59,623 nucleotides of DNA from Burkholderiales bacterium. GTDB lineage: Bacteria; Pseudomonadota; Gammaproteobacteria; Burkholderiales; JAHFRG01. The translations under genes and the position numbers were made by a program. Below are positions 30,790 to 41,357 of the stretch, in pieces. Where the stretch lies: assembly GCA_035624535.1 (NCBI GenBank), contig DASPRI010000209.1:1-59623 (forward strand). Reading direction: 5' to 3'. The first letter of the stretch is position 1; every line of letters starts with the position of its first letter. The notes below the pieces were generated by a model, which saw nothing but the letters and a program-made list of their open reading frames with translations, had not been told where the DNA came from and made no database searches.

Positions 30790-31548
30790 GTGAGCGAATG
30801 CGCGATAACTGTCGAGGGTCTGACTAAATATTTCGGCAAGGTTCTCGCGGTGGATAATGTCAGCTTCCGCGTGCGCCAAGGCTCAACCTGCGCGCTTTTG
30901 GGCGGCAACGGCGCAGGAAAAACGACCACGCTTTCAATATTACTCGGCCTGCTGCTGCCCACTTCAGGTCGTGTGACCGTTCTCGGCGAGGACATGCTAA
31001 GGCACCGTTACCGCGTGCTGCCGCGCATGAATTTTACATCTCCGTATGTAGATTTGCCTAAGCGCCTCACGGTCGCGGAAAACCTGACCGTATACGCGCG
31101 CTTGTACGGAATGAGCAATATCAGGCCGCGTCTTGAAGAACTTTCCGAAGAATTGCAAATCGGCGCTTTCATGCACCGCCCCTACGGCACGCTCTCCGCT
31201 GGGCAAAGGAACCGGGTCGCACTTGCCAAGTCCTTGCTCAACCAGCCGGAAGTATTGCTGCTCGACGAGCCCACCGCTTCGCTTGATCCCGACATGGGCG
31301 ACCGCATGCGCGAATTTCTGGTGAGTTACCAGAAGCGCAGCCGGGCAACTCTTTTGCTTGCTTCGCACAACATGCAGGAGGTGGAGCGCATGTGCAATGA
31401 TGTGATCATGATGCGCGAAGGGAAAATCGTCGACCACGGTACGCCGCAAACGCTGCTTGGGCGTTATGGACGCAAGAACCTGGAAGAAGTTTTCCTGGAC
31501 ATTGCCCGCTACCGCAGCTATCAACCGGCCGCCCGGAGCGCGCGGTGA
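30790..31548 (+). CDS. ABC transporter ATP-binding protein (ABC-2 exporter type)
   Basis: GTG start; Walker A GGNGAGKTTT, signature LSAGQRNRV and Walker B LLLDEPT. Confidence 0.9.
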   Translation: MSECAITVEGLTKYFGKVLAVDNVSFRVRQGSTCALLGGNGAGKTTTLSILLGLLLPTSGRVTVLGEDMLRHRYRVLPRMNFTSPYVDLPKRLTVAENLTVYARLYGMSNIRPRLEELSEELQIGAFMHRPYGTLSAGQRNRVALAKSLLNQPEVLLLDEPTASLDPDMGDRMREFLVSYQKRSRATLLLASHNMQEVERMCNDVIMMREGKIVDHGTPQTLLGRYGRKNLEEVFLDIARYRSYQPAARSAR

Positions 31549-32351
31549 ACACGGTAGCCTTTTCCCCGCGACGTATCGGCGCAATGGTGCTACGCCATGT
31601 TTACCTGATGCGTAAATCCTGGCCGCGCATTCTGGAACTTGCCTACTATCCGTCCATGCAGATGATCCTTTGGGGATTTATCGCGAAGTTCCTCACCACC
31701 ACCGGTTCCTGGGTGGCGCAGGCTCCGGGACTCTTGATCGCTTCGGTTCTGCTTTGGGACATCTTGTTCAGAAGTCAGTTGGGCGTTTCGCTCACTTTTT
31801 TTGAAGAGATGTATTCGCGCAACCTCGGCCACTTGTTTGTAAGCCCATTGCGACCTTACGAGCTGGTGTGCTCCAAACTGATTATCAGTCTGCTGCGCAC
31901 TCTGATTGGCGTGGGCGGTGCCGCGCTCCTTGCAATCCCGTTTTACCATTATTCGATTTTCAGCATGGGACTGCCGCTGATCGCTTTCTTCGCCAATCTG
32001 ATGATGATGGGCTGGGGCATCGGCCTGATGGTCTCGGCTCTGGTGTTGCGCTGGGGATTAGGGGCGGAAAACCTGGCATGGGCATTGATTTTTGCCGCCG
32101 CGCCTGTGAGCGGCGTGTATTATCCCATTAGCGTGCTTCCCGGCTGGCTAAAGCCGCTTTCGCTTGCGCTGCCATCCAGCCATGTGTTCGAAGGTATGCG
32201 CGCAGTGATGATTGAGCATCAGTTCCGTGTTGATCAGCTGCTCGACGCTCTAGCGCTGAATTTCATCTACCTCGTGGCCGGAGTATTGGTTTTTCTTGCT
32301 GCTTTTCGAGCCGCGCGGACTCGCGGGCTGCTGGTGCACATTGGAGAATAA
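31545..32351 (+). CDS. ABC-2 type transporter permease
   Basis: 268 aa with about 6 TM segments. A 4 nt start/stop overlap with the ATPase gene indicates translational coupling. Confidence 0.85.
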   Translation: MNTVAFSPRRIGAMVLRHVYLMRKSWPRILELAYYPSMQMILWGFIAKFLTTTGSWVAQAPGLLIASVLLWDILFRSQLGVSLTFFEEMYSRNLGHLFVSPLRPYELVCSKLIISLLRTLIGVGGAALLAIPFYHYSIFSMGLPLIAFFANLMMMGWGIGLMVSALVLRWGLGAENLAWALIFAAAPVSGVYYPISVLPGWLKPLSLALPSSHVFEGMRAVMIEHQFRVDQLLDALALNFIYLVAGVLVFLAAFRAARTRGLLVHIGE

Positions 32352-32444
32352 GCCTTGAATTTGCGGTATTCGGCCCCAATGTTTTCAGCCGGTAAAACCG
32401 CGACATACGATATAATATGCAATTTTTCGAACTAGGGAACATTT

Positions 32445-32717
32445 ATGCCCATTTATGAATATCGCTGCGCTTCCTGCGGCTTAAAAAAGGAAGTGTTGCA
32501 GAAAATGAGCGATGGCCCGCTGACGCGTTGCCCTGAATGCGGGAAGCCCAGTATGCAAAAACAGGTTACCGCCGCTGGATTCCTACTTAAGGGCAAAGGT
32601 TGGTATGCCACTGATTTCAAGAAAGCGGACAAGCCAAAGAAGGAAGAACCCAAATCCAGTGACGAAAAAAAACCCGCCGCAACTTGCCAAAATGGCGCTT
32701 GCCCGGCCTGCGAATAA
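32445..32717 (+). CDS. FmdB family zinc-ribbon protein
   Basis: MPIYEYRCASCG...TRCPECG is the FmdB-type CxxC...CxxC N-terminus, followed by a Lys-rich linker and a C-terminal C-x4-C-x2-C. Confidence 0.85.
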   Translation: MPIYEYRCASCGLKKEVLQKMSDGPLTRCPECGKPSMQKQVTAAGFLLKGKGWYATDFKKADKPKKEEPKSSDEKKPAATCQNGACPACE

Positions 32718-32720
32718 TTA

Positions 32721-33326
32721 ATGAAGCGCTACTTCATCACCGGGCTTCTGATCTGGGTGCCCCTGGTCATTACCCTGTGGGTGCTGGATCTCCTGATCGG
32801 CACCATGGATCAGAGTCTGCGCCTGCTCCCGCCCGCGTGGCGTCCGGAAGCACTGTTCGGATTCCATATTCCCGGTTTGGGCGCGATCGTCACTGTGCTG
32901 GTGGTTTTTGTTACGGGATTATTAAGCGCAAACATCCTCGGTCAGCGATTCGTGCACCTTTGGGAATGGCTGCTCGGGCGCATCCCGGTGGTGAAAACGA
33001 TCTACAGCAGTGTCAAGCAGGTGAGCGACACGCTCATTTCCGGCCAGGGCCAGGCGTTTCGCAAGGCATTATTGGTGCAATATCCGCGCGAAGGCTCGTG
33101 GACCATAGCGTTCCAAACCGGGCGCCCCGGCGGTGACGTTGTGAATCATCTCAAGGGCGAATACGTAAGTGTTTATGTGCCGACCACGCCCAATCCCACC
33201 TCCGGTTTTTTTCTGATGATGCCAAAAGCCGAGGTGATCGAGCTCGACATGAGTGTGGATGAGGCGCTCAAATACATCATTTCCATGGGGGTCGCGGCGC
33301 CGCTTCCTCATAAGAAAAACGCGTGA
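32721..33326 (+). CDS. DUF502 domain-containing membrane protein
   Basis: GLLIWVPLVITLWVL...IPGLG....L.VF.TG......G......E.LL.RIP.V..IYSS.KQV is typical of DUF502. Confidence 0.8.
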   Translation: MKRYFITGLLIWVPLVITLWVLDLLIGTMDQSLRLLPPAWRPEALFGFHIPGLGAIVTVLVVFVTGLLSANILGQRFVHLWEWLLGRIPVVKTIYSSVKQVSDTLISGQGQAFRKALLVQYPREGSWTIAFQTGRPGGDVVNHLKGEYVSVYVPTTPNPTSGFFLMMPKAEVIELDMSVDEALKYIISMGVAAPLPHKKNA

Positions 33327-33377
33327 CGGGCGCCTCGTTCAGCCCGATTTCGATTTCGCAATTTCCGATCTTTCATC

Positions 33378-35162
33378 ATGAAGCGTACCGAGTACTGCGG
33401 CCTCGTAAACCGGAAGCATCTGCAGCAAAACGTGAACCTGTACGGCTGGGTACATCGGCGGCGCGATCATGGGGGGGTGATCTTCATTGATTTGCGTGAC
33501 CGCGAAGGATTGGTACAGGTGGTGTGCGATCCCGACCGGCCAGACATGTTCAAGATCGCGGAAAAGATCCGCAACGAATACGTGTTAAAAGTCACCGGCA
33601 AGGTGCGTCAACGTCCCGAAGGCACGGTGAACCCGGATTTGATCAGCGGCGAAGTGGAAGTGCTGGCGCATGAAATCGAAATACTCAACTCCTCACTCAC
33701 ACCGCCGTTCCAGCTCGACGACGAACATCTGTCCGAAACCACTCGGCTGACCTACCGCGTGCTCGACCTGCGCCGCCCGCATATGCAGTCGAATCTCAGG
33801 CTGCGTTACAAGATCGCGATGGCAGTGCGGACCTTTCTCGATGCGCATGGCTTCATAGACATTGAAACGCCAATGCTTACCAAGTCTACACCGGAAGGCG
33901 CGCGCGATTATTTGGTCCCTTCTCGTCTTCATCCAGGACAGTTTTTTGCTCTGCCGCAATCACCGCAGCTGTTCAAGCAGCTGCTGATGATTGCTGGCTT
34001 CGATCGCTATTACCAGATCACCAAGTGTTTTCGCGACGAAGACCTGCGAGCCGATCGCCAGCCGGAATTCACCCAAATAGATATCGAGACTTCATTCCTG
34101 AACGAAACTGAAATCACCGAGTTGATGGAGGAACTGGTCCGCAACCTCTTCAGGGTGGTACTGCGAACCGATCTGCCCAAGCCTTTTCCGCGCCTCACAT
34201 ACCAGCAGGCGATGCAGCGTTACGGGTCGGACAAGCCGGATCTGCGTGTCAAGCTCGAACTCACTGAACTTACCGACTTGATGAAAGCAGTCGAGTTCAA
34301 GGTATTCCGTTCTGCCGCAGAGCTTTCAGACGGGCGCATTGCAGCCTTACGCGTACCAGACGGCGCAGCCTTCACGCGCAAGGACATCGACGATTACACC
34401 GCATTTGTGGCGATCTACGGTGCCAGGGGGCTGGCATACGTCAAGGTCAACGAAAAGTCCAAAGGCGTCGAGGGCCTGCAATCGCCAATACTCAAGTTTC
34501 TGCCGGAGAACGTTATCAAAGCGATACTTGAACGCACTGCAGCGCGCGACGGCGACCTGATTTTCTTCGGCGCGGACCGGGCCAGAGTCGTCAACGATAC
34601 ATTGAGCGCGCTGCGTGAAAAAATCGGTCATGAAAAGGGTTTAGCCGAGACCGGCTGGAAACCGCTCTGGGTTACCGATTTCCCGATGTTCGAGCGGAAC
34701 GAGGAAGAAAAGCGCTGGGATCCGTTGCACCATCCGTTTACTTCTCCAAAGGATGGGCACGCGGCTTTCCTTGACAGCGACCCGTCGAAAGTGCAAGCCA
34801 AAGCCTACGACATGGTGTTGAATGGCTGGGAAATCGGCGGAGGCTCGGTGCGCATTCATCGCGAGGACGTACAATCCAAAGTCTTTCGGGCACTGAATAT
34901 CAGCGAGGATGAGGCACGGCAAAAGTTTGGTTTCTTGCTCGACGCGTTGCAATACGGTGCTCCGCCGCATGGTGGGATCGCATTCGGCCTTGACCGCATC
35001 GCCGCGATGATGGCCGGTGCGGAATCGATCCGCGACGTGATCGCTTTTCCCAAAACCCAGCGCGCACAATGCCTGTTAACGCAAGCACCCAGCCCGGTGG
35101 ACGAAAAACAATTGCGCGAGCTGCATATTCGGCTGCGGGATATAAAACCGGGAGTGAGCTGA
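33378..35162 (+). CDS. aspS: Aspartate--tRNA ligase
   Basis: 594 aa; [54 protein letters not shown] and GLDRI motifs. Confidence 0.98.
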   Translation: MKRTEYCGLVNRKHLQQNVNLYGWVHRRRDHGGVIFIDLRDREGLVQVVCDPDRPDMFKIAEKIRNEYVLKVTGKVRQRPEGTVNPDLISGEVEVLAHEIEILNSSLTPPFQLDDEHLSETTRLTYRVLDLRRPHMQSNLRLRYKIAMAVRTFLDAHGFIDIETPMLTKSTPEGARDYLVPSRLHPGQFFALPQSPQLFKQLLMIAGFDRYYQITKCFRDEDLRADRQPEFTQIDIETSFLNETEITELMEELVRNLFRVVLRTDLPKPFPRLTYQQAMQRYGSDKPDLRVKLELTELTDLMKAVEFKVFRSAAELSDGRIAALRVPDGAAFTRKDIDDYTAFVAIYGARGLAYVKVNEKSKGVEGLQSPILKFLPENVIKAILERTAARDGDLIFFGADRARVVNDTLSALREKIGHEKGLAETGWKPLWVTDFPMFERNEEEKRWDPLHHPFTSPKDGHAAFLDSDPSKVQAKAYDMVLNGWEIGGGSVRIHREDVQSKVFRALNISEDEARQKFGFLLDALQYGAPPHGGIAFGLDRIAAMMAGAESIRDVIAFPKTQRAQCLLTQAPSPVDEKQLRELHIRLRDIKPGVS

Positions 35163-35311
35163 CATTCGCATCGCTGAGTTCTTTTGGAGTTGCTAATCGC
35201 CTCAATGAATCCTTGTCTGGAAGCTGGAACCGGCGCCAAGCTCGGTAAATGACCGAAGTTCTGTGCGTGTCCTAGTGATTGCTTGCCGGCTGTAAGCTAA
35301 CCACATGTGTC

Positions 35312-35755
35312 ATGGCATACAAAATACCGATTTCGGTTCTGGTCGTCATCCATACCGCCGATCTAAAAGTATTGTTGCTCGAACGGGCGGACCACCCTGA
35401 TTTTTGGCAATCGGTGACCGGAAGCCTGAATAAGGGTGAAACACCGGAGCGAGCTGCGATTCGCGAAGTGAATGAAGAAACCAAGCTGGATGCGCGTAAG
35501 TATCCGCTCACAGATTGGAACATCCAGAACCAGTTTAAAATTTTTCCTGAGTGGCGGCACCGCTATGCACCGGGGGTGACAAAGAATACCGAGCACGTAT
35601 TTGGATTACTGCTGCCCGAGCCATTTTCTATCGGGGTCGAGCCGCGCGAGCATTTGGCTTTTGCCTGGTTGCCATACAAGGAAGCTGCGCAAAAGTGTTT
35701 TTCCTGGAGCAACCGCGACGCGATATTGGCACTGCCGAGGTTTATACCGCATTGA
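35312..35755 (+). CDS. nudB: NUDIX hydrolase, dihydroneopterin triphosphate diphosphatase-like
   Basis: MAYKIPISVLVVIH...WQSVTGSL..GETPERAAIREVNEETK (Nudix box). It lies downstream of aspS, as nudB does in E. coli. Confidence 0.75.
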   Translation: MAYKIPISVLVVIHTADLKVLLLERADHPDFWQSVTGSLNKGETPERAAIREVNEETKLDARKYPLTDWNIQNQFKIFPEWRHRYAPGVTKNTEHVFGLLLPEPFSIGVEPREHLAFAWLPYKEAAQKCFSWSNRDAILALPRFIPH

Positions 35756-35803
35756 AAGCCAACTTTAAGATGGACGTTCTGTCTTATAATGTGTGAGAGA
35801 CGA

Positions 35804-35831
35804 TTGCGGCGCAGGGGTGCGCAACTTTTTT
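35804..35831 (+). terminator. Hairpin plus T6 tract between nudB and nadA (candidate intrinsic terminator or attenuator)
   Basis: TTGCG(G)CGC..loop..G(T)GCGCAA at 35804-35824 is followed by TTTTTT at 35826-35831, 15 nt before the nadA ATG. Confidence 0.4.
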
Positions 35832-35845
35832 GAACGAGATTTTCC

Positions 35846-36943
35846 ATGCAGATGAGTGCGATAGCTTTTGACCGCTTCGATGGGATGAAGGACGAAGCCT
35901 GCGAGGCGCGCATACTCGCGGCGAAAGCCGCTTTAGGCAAGCGCGCGGTGATTCTCGGCCATCATTATCAGCGCGCCGACGTCTATAAGCATGCCGATTT
36001 GACCGGCGATTCTCTCAGGCTTTCGCGCCTTGCAGCAGAAACCGCCGCTGAGTATATCGTGTTCTGCGGCGTGCATTTCATGGCCGAAGTAGCCGACATT
36101 CTCACCCTCGGCAAGCGTGCCGTGATCTTGCCTGACCTGAACGCAGGCTGCTCGATGGCGGACATGGCGAACCTGCCCAAAGTGGAACGTGCCTGGCGGG
36201 CGCTTTCAGAAGTATTTGATCCCGAGCAGTTGCTTACTCCGGTAACCTATATCAATTCTGCAGCCGATTTGAAAGCGTTCTGCGGCGAGCATGGTGGCAT
36301 CGTCTGCACCTCCAGCAACGCCGGAAAAATCCTCGAATGGTCGTTCAAACAGCGCGCCAAAGTGCTGTTCTTTCCGGATCAGCATTTGGGTCGTTGGAGC
36401 GGCTACAAGATGGGCATCCCTCTCGAGCAAATGCCTGTTTGGGACCCCGATCAACCGATGGGAGGGCTGTCTCTCGAACAAATAAACAATGCCAAAATTT
36501 TGTTATGGAAGGGCCATTGCTCAGTGCATCAGATGTTCCAGCCGCAGCACGTGCTCAAGTTTCGTAATCAATACCCCGATGGGCTGGTAATTTCGCACCC
36601 GGAGTGCAAGTTCGAAGTATGCAAGCTTTCGCATTTTGTGGGTTCCACCGAAACGATCATCAAAACGGTGAAAGCCGGCAACCCCAACACACGCTGGCTG
36701 GTTGGTACCGAGCTTAATCTGGTAAACCGGCTAGCGGAAGAAGTGAAACGCGAAGGCAAGATCGTCCAGTTCATGGCATCCACGGTATGCATGTGCTCGA
36801 CGATGGCGCGCATTGATCCCCAGCACCTCGCTTGGGCGCTGGAAAACCTTGTCGAAGGCAAGGTAGTCAATCAGATTCGCGTACCCGAGCGCGACGCCGA
36901 GCTGGCAAGGCTTGCGCTAGATCGCATGCTGCAGATATCCTAG
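35846..36943 (+). CDS. nadA: Quinolinate synthase NadA
   Basis: 365 aa; ILGHHYQR..V...AD..GDSL.LS, VFCGVHFMAE and CSMA/CxxH patterns. Confidence 0.9.
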   Translation: MQMSAIAFDRFDGMKDEACEARILAAKAALGKRAVILGHHYQRADVYKHADLTGDSLRLSRLAAETAAEYIVFCGVHFMAEVADILTLGKRAVILPDLNAGCSMADMANLPKVERAWRALSEVFDPEQLLTPVTYINSAADLKAFCGEHGGIVCTSSNAGKILEWSFKQRAKVLFFPDQHLGRWSGYKMGIPLEQMPVWDPDQPMGGLSLEQINNAKILLWKGHCSVHQMFQPQHVLKFRNQYPDGLVISHPECKFEVCKLSHFVGSTETIIKTVKAGNPNTRWLVGTELNLVNRLAEEVKREGKIVQFMASTVCMCSTMARIDPQHLAWALENLVEGKVVNQIRVPERDAELARLALDRMLQIS

Positions 36944-37072
36944 ACGCAGAAACATTCCGGTTGCATTGCCGTCAGTCAGGGATCGAACGGCCCGCTTGTC
37001 CAAATTTGTTTTTCGACAGTCGGCGCGGCGCGTTCAGTTGTTTCTCATACTAATTAAGAATTTTGCACGATA

Positions 37073-37825
37073 ATGAGCAAAACATTACATGTCGCAACCT
37101 ACAATATTCACAAGGGCTTTTCGCATTTTAACCGACGCATGATGGTGCACGAGTTGCGCGACCGGCTGCACGCGATGCGCGCGGACGTAGTGTTCCTGCA
37201 GGAAGTACAGGGCTATCATGGTCATCATGCCGAGATCTATACCAACTGGCCACAAATACCCCAGTACGAATTTCTGGCCGATACGGTGTGGAGTGATTTC
37301 AGCTATGGAAAGAATTCGGTGTATGACGAAGGCCATCACGGCAATGCCATATTAAGCCGCTTCCCGATCGTCAACTGGGACAATCTCGACGTATCCGCGC
37401 ATGCGCTCGAAAGCCGCGGAATCTTGCATTGTGAAATGGAGCTGCCCGGGTGGAACGAGCACTTGCATTGCATCAATGTGCACCTGGGGCTGTTTTCGCG
37501 CTGGCGCGAGAAGCAGTTGCTCACACTACGCGACCACATTGAAAAATTGGTCCCGGCGCAAGCGCCGCTGATCATCGCCGGCGATTTTAACGACTGGCGC
37601 AGCCGGGCGGGAAGAATATTTGCCGACTCGCTGTATTTGCACGAGGTATTCGAACTAATTCGCGGCAGGCCGGCACGCAGCTTCCCGGCGGCAATGCCGG
37701 TGTTTCGGCTGGATCGCATCTATGTCCGTGGGTTCCGGGTCGAGCGCGCGCATGTACATCGCGGCCGGCCATGGTCGAAAATCTCCGACCATGCCGCACT
37801 CTCGGCAACCATGATACGGGTTTAA
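37073..37825 (+). CDS. Endonuclease/exonuclease/phosphatase (EEP) family protein, YbhP-like
   Basis: TYNIHKG...DVVFLQEV...GNAILSRFPI...HLGL...IIAGDFNDW...SDHAAL are EEP catalytic motifs. It lies upstream of clsB, as in E. coli ybhP-clsB. Confidence 0.85.
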   Translation: MSKTLHVATYNIHKGFSHFNRRMMVHELRDRLHAMRADVVFLQEVQGYHGHHAEIYTNWPQIPQYEFLADTVWSDFSYGKNSVYDEGHHGNAILSRFPIVNWDNLDVSAHALESRGILHCEMELPGWNEHLHCINVHLGLFSRWREKQLLTLRDHIEKLVPAQAPLIIAGDFNDWRSRAGRIFADSLYLHEVFELIRGRPARSFPAAMPVFRLDRIYVRGFRVERAHVHRGRPWSKISDHAALSATMIRV

Positions 37826-37885
37826 ACGACACCCGCCCAAAGCTGCGTCGCGACAAGTTTCTAGAACTGATTTATTGATGGGACG

Positions 37886-39058
37886 ATGCGTTTTTTCGCG
37901 GGCAACCGCCTCACGCTGCTGCATAACGGAGCCGACTATTTTCCTGAGCTAGAGAAGGCCATCGGCAATGCGGCACAGGAAATTTTTCTCGAATCGTATA
38001 TTTTTGAAGACGATGACACCGGGAAGCGCATTGCGCATGCTCTGCGAAGCGCGGCGCAACGCGGAGTCCGGGTACATTTACTGCTGGATGGTTTCGGCTC
38101 AAAATCCTTGCCTGCCAAGGTAATTGCCGACATGAACCGGGCGGGGGTGCAGGTGCTGCTATTCCGGCCAGAAATCCTGAGCTTCAAATTCAGGCGCCGG
38201 AGACTGCGGAGAATGCACCGCAAACTTGCGGATATCGATGGCAGGATCGCGTTTGTGGGCGGCATCAATATCATCGACGACATGCACACGCCCAATCAAG
38301 TCCCGCCGCGTTTTGACTTCGCAGTAAAAATCGAGGGACCACTCGTGCGAGCAATACATGTCGCGGCCAGAGAGCTTTGGAAGCGAGTCACCTGGACGCA
38401 CCTGCGTCGCGAATGGCGCCGCACCAAAGGCCTGACCGTGCCGGTACAGCCGCGCGGGGAACAGCGAGCGGCACTAGTTACCCGCGACAACTTGCGCCAC
38501 CGCCGCGATATCGAGCAGGCCTACCTGAATGCAATCGCCAACGCCAAACAGGAAATCCTCATTGCCAACGCATATTTTCTTCCCGGTCGCAGTTTCCGCC
38601 GCGCGCTGGTGAACGCGGCGGCCCGCGGCGTGCGCGTAATCCTGCTGCTGCAAGGCCGGGTGGAGTATGTGTTGCTTCATTACGCATCGAGGGCATTGTA
38701 TGGATATTTTTTAAATGCCGGCGTGGAGATTTATGAATACCACAAGAGCTTCATGCACGCCAAGGTCGCGGTGATGGATGGCTATTGGGCGACGGTCGGG
38801 TCCTCCAACATTGACCCCTTCAGCATGTTGCTGGGGCGGGAAGCGAACGTGGTAGTAGAAGATCAGGTGTTTGCGCAGCAGCTCAGGCAAAGCCTGATGC
38901 AGGCCATCGAACATGGCGCACAACCGGTGGTGCGTGAACGCTGGAAAAACCTGCCGATCGTGCAACGCATATTAATTTGGATGAGTTATGGCGCGGCGCG
39001 CTTCTTTACTGGCATGTTCGGTTATGGGCGAGAGCATGAATTCAGGACTCGTGAATAA
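37886..39058 (+). CDS. clsB: Cardiolipin synthase ClsB (two PLD/HKD domains)
   Basis: RMHRKLADIDGRIAFVGGINI (HKD-like 1) and FMHAKVAVMDGYWATVGSSNID (HKD 2), 390 aa. Confidence 0.9.
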   Translation: MRFFAGNRLTLLHNGADYFPELEKAIGNAAQEIFLESYIFEDDDTGKRIAHALRSAAQRGVRVHLLLDGFGSKSLPAKVIADMNRAGVQVLLFRPEILSFKFRRRRLRRMHRKLADIDGRIAFVGGINIIDDMHTPNQVPPRFDFAVKIEGPLVRAIHVAARELWKRVTWTHLRREWRRTKGLTVPVQPRGEQRAALVTRDNLRHRRDIEQAYLNAIANAKQEILIANAYFLPGRSFRRALVNAAARGVRVILLLQGRVEYVLLHYASRALYGYFLNAGVEIYEYHKSFMHAKVAVMDGYWATVGSSNIDPFSMLLGREANVVVEDQVFAQQLRQSLMQAIEHGAQPVVRERWKNLPIVQRILIWMSYGAARFFTGMFGYGREHEFRTRE

Positions 39059-39247
39059 TTGAATTTTGGCGGCAGAGAGAACCGGTTTTGCTTGATCGAC
39101 GCGCAGAGGGCCGACCCGGAGGCAAAAAATTCGTTCTTTGCGCCGTTGCACTGTTCGCATGTTTGGACGGTACCCAATGCATCCAGTCGGCTACCCAGCG
39201 TTTGCAGTTCCTGTACTGCAGTTCAAACTAACACGCGTGCTCCGCGC

Positions 39248-39259
39248 TGACAGCTGTCA
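39248..39259. promoter_or_regulatory. Perfect 12 bp palindrome TGACAGCTGTCA, 49 nt upstream of the Atm1-type exporter start; candidate operator
   Basis: Read directly. A second inverted repeat, TGCAGT-N6-ACTGCA, lies at 39203-39220. Confidence 0.3.
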
Positions 39260-39307
39260 AACTGACCCGCTCGCCAAGCAAGCCGGGCGGTGATACGCTC
39301 CTAAACC

Positions 39308-41137
39308 ATGCGCATCACTCATTCTGGCAAACCGCCAAAGCGCCAGAGCGACTGGAATACGATCAAGGCCTTGCTGCCCTATTTATGGGAATTCAAGGGC
39401 AGGGTGGTGCTGGCAGTTTCGCTTTTAATTTTTGCCAAACTGGCAAACGTTTCAGTTCCGCTCGCGCTCAAAGGCATTGTCGATTCGTTGAACGCCAAAG
39501 ATGCGCTGATCGTGCTGCCACTCGCCTTGCTAGCGGCATACGGCTTGTTGCGATTTTCGGCCACGCTATTCGGGGAACTGCGTGACGCGGTGTTCGCCAA
39601 AGTGACCCAGCGCGCGATCCGCCGCTTGGCACTCAAAGTCTTCAGCCATTTGCATTCGCTTTCTTTGCGCTTTCATCTGGATCGACAAACCGGCGGTGTG
39701 TCGCGCGACATCGAACGCGGCAGCCGTGGCATTTCTTTCCTGCTGCAGTTTATGCTGTTCAACATTCTGCCGACTTTCGTGGAAATTGCGATGGTGGCGG
39801 CTATTCTGCTCATCAAGTATGACGTCTGGTTTGCGGTGGTAACCTTCGTCACATTAGCGATTTACATCGTGTTCACCCTGGTGGTAACGGAATGGCGAAT
39901 GGTGTTCCGCCGCACCATGAATGATTCCGATTCCAAGGCCAATACGCGGGCCATAGACAGCCTGCTCAATTATGAAACGGTGAAATATTTTGGAAACGAG
40001 GAATGGGAAGCGAGGCGCTATGACGAAGGATTGCAAGTGTGGGAAAAGGCTGCAGTGCGTAACCAAACTTCGCTTGCCGGTTTGAATGCCGGTCAATCGG
40101 CAATTATCGCGCTGGGCATGACCTTGTTGATGGTTCTCGCCGCGCGCGGCGTGGTCGACGGCAGGATGACGGTGGGAGATCTGGTGCTGGTCAATGCGTT
40201 TATGCTGCAGCTATATCTGCCGCTGAACTTTCTTGGCTTTGTGTACCGCGAGATCCGCCATTCGCTGGCCGATATGGAAAAAATGTTCAAGCTGCTTGGA
40301 GAAAATCTGGAAATCCAGGACCGGCCTGGTGCATCCGAACTTGTGATCAGGAATGCGATTGTCCGCTTCGAAAAGGTGGATTTCGGTTATGAGCTCAGGC
40401 GTCAAATCCTGTTTGACGTAAGCTTTGAAATCGCATCCGGGAAAACCGTCGCGGTCGTGGGTCATAGCGGATCTGGCAAATCTACGCTGGCAAGGCTTTT
40501 GTACCGGTTCTACGATGTCTGGAACGGGCGCATTGCTGTGGACGGCCAGGATATTCGCGACGTGACACAAAAATCCCTGCGCGCAGTGATCGGTATAGTT
40601 CCTCAGGATACCGTGCTATTCAACGACACCATTTTTTACAACATCAACTACGGCCGGCCCGAGGCCTCGCGCGAGGAGGTTGTCGCGGCGGCACAGGCGG
40701 CACACATTCACGAATTTATCAAGACTTTGCCAGACGGTTACGACACCATGGTGGGAGAACGCGGCTTGAAACTATCGGGCGGCGAGAAGCAACGTGTGGC
40801 AATTGCGCGGGCGATTCTGAAAAATCCGCGTATTCTGATTTTCGATGAAGCCACCTCGGCGCTGGATTCAAAATCGGAAAAAGCCATTCAGGGGGAACTC
40901 AAACGCATTGCCACCAACCGCACCACGCTGACCATTGCCCACCGACTATCCACGGTCGTTGACGCCGACGAAATTCTGGTGATGGAGCATGGGCGCGTCA
41001 TAGAGCGCGGCACTCATCGCGAGCTATTGGACAAGCACGGCGCCTACGCTCAAATGTGGACCCTGCAGCTGCAAGAAGAAGCCGAACGCGATAAGCAACC
41101 GCAAGGCGTCATTCAAGCGGAAAAAATTCGCGCCTGA
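39308..41137 (+). CDS. ABC transporter permease/ATP-binding fusion, Atm1/ABCB7-type (heavy-metal/glutathione-conjugate exporter family)
   Basis: 609 aa; N-terminal 6-TM domain, Walker A GHSGSGKST, signature LSGGEKQRVAIARA and Walker B ILIFDEATSALD. The NYETVKYFGNEEWE motif is typical of the Atm1 clade. Confidence 0.85.
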   Translation: MRITHSGKPPKRQSDWNTIKALLPYLWEFKGRVVLAVSLLIFAKLANVSVPLALKGIVDSLNAKDALIVLPLALLAAYGLLRFSATLFGELRDAVFAKVTQRAIRRLALKVFSHLHSLSLRFHLDRQTGGVSRDIERGSRGISFLLQFMLFNILPTFVEIAMVAAILLIKYDVWFAVVTFVTLAIYIVFTLVVTEWRMVFRRTMNDSDSKANTRAIDSLLNYETVKYFGNEEWEARRYDEGLQVWEKAAVRNQTSLAGLNAGQSAIIALGMTLLMVLAARGVVDGRMTVGDLVLVNAFMLQLYLPLNFLGFVYREIRHSLADMEKMFKLLGENLEIQDRPGASELVIRNAIVRFEKVDFGYELRRQILFDVSFEIASGKTVAVVGHSGSGKSTLARLLYRFYDVWNGRIAVDGQDIRDVTQKSLRAVIGIVPQDTVLFNDTIFYNINYGRPEASREEVVAAAQAAHIHEFIKTLPDGYDTMVGERGLKLSGGEKQRVAIARAILKNPRILIFDEATSALDSKSEKAIQGELKRIATNRTTLTIAHRLSTVVDADEILVMEHGRVIERGTHRELLDKHGAYAQMWTLQLQEEAERDKQPQGVIQAEKIRA

Positions 41138-41144
41138 ATAAGGT

Positions 41145-41168
41145 GCCTTCGAGCCGGAAATCGAAGGC
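41145..41168 (+). terminator. 8 bp perfect hairpin GCCTTCGA-N8-TCGAAGGC just after the exporter stop
   Basis: Arms at 41145-41152 and 41161-41168. No U-tract follows, so terminator function is uncertain. Confidence 0.3.
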
Positions 41169-41357
41169 CGCGACGCTGACCTTCCTGCCATTCTTGAGCC
41201 TAAATTCAAAGGGGTCGGATTTACCCTTAGAATCATGGCTCAGAAATGTGGACTTATACCTTGATTTTTTTTGTTTTAGCTGCGATCATGAGCGTCGGCT
41301 TCCAGGGAGGGAGCCAGGAAAAGCTGTTGTGTTTCACTTAATTAAGGCATACGACAA

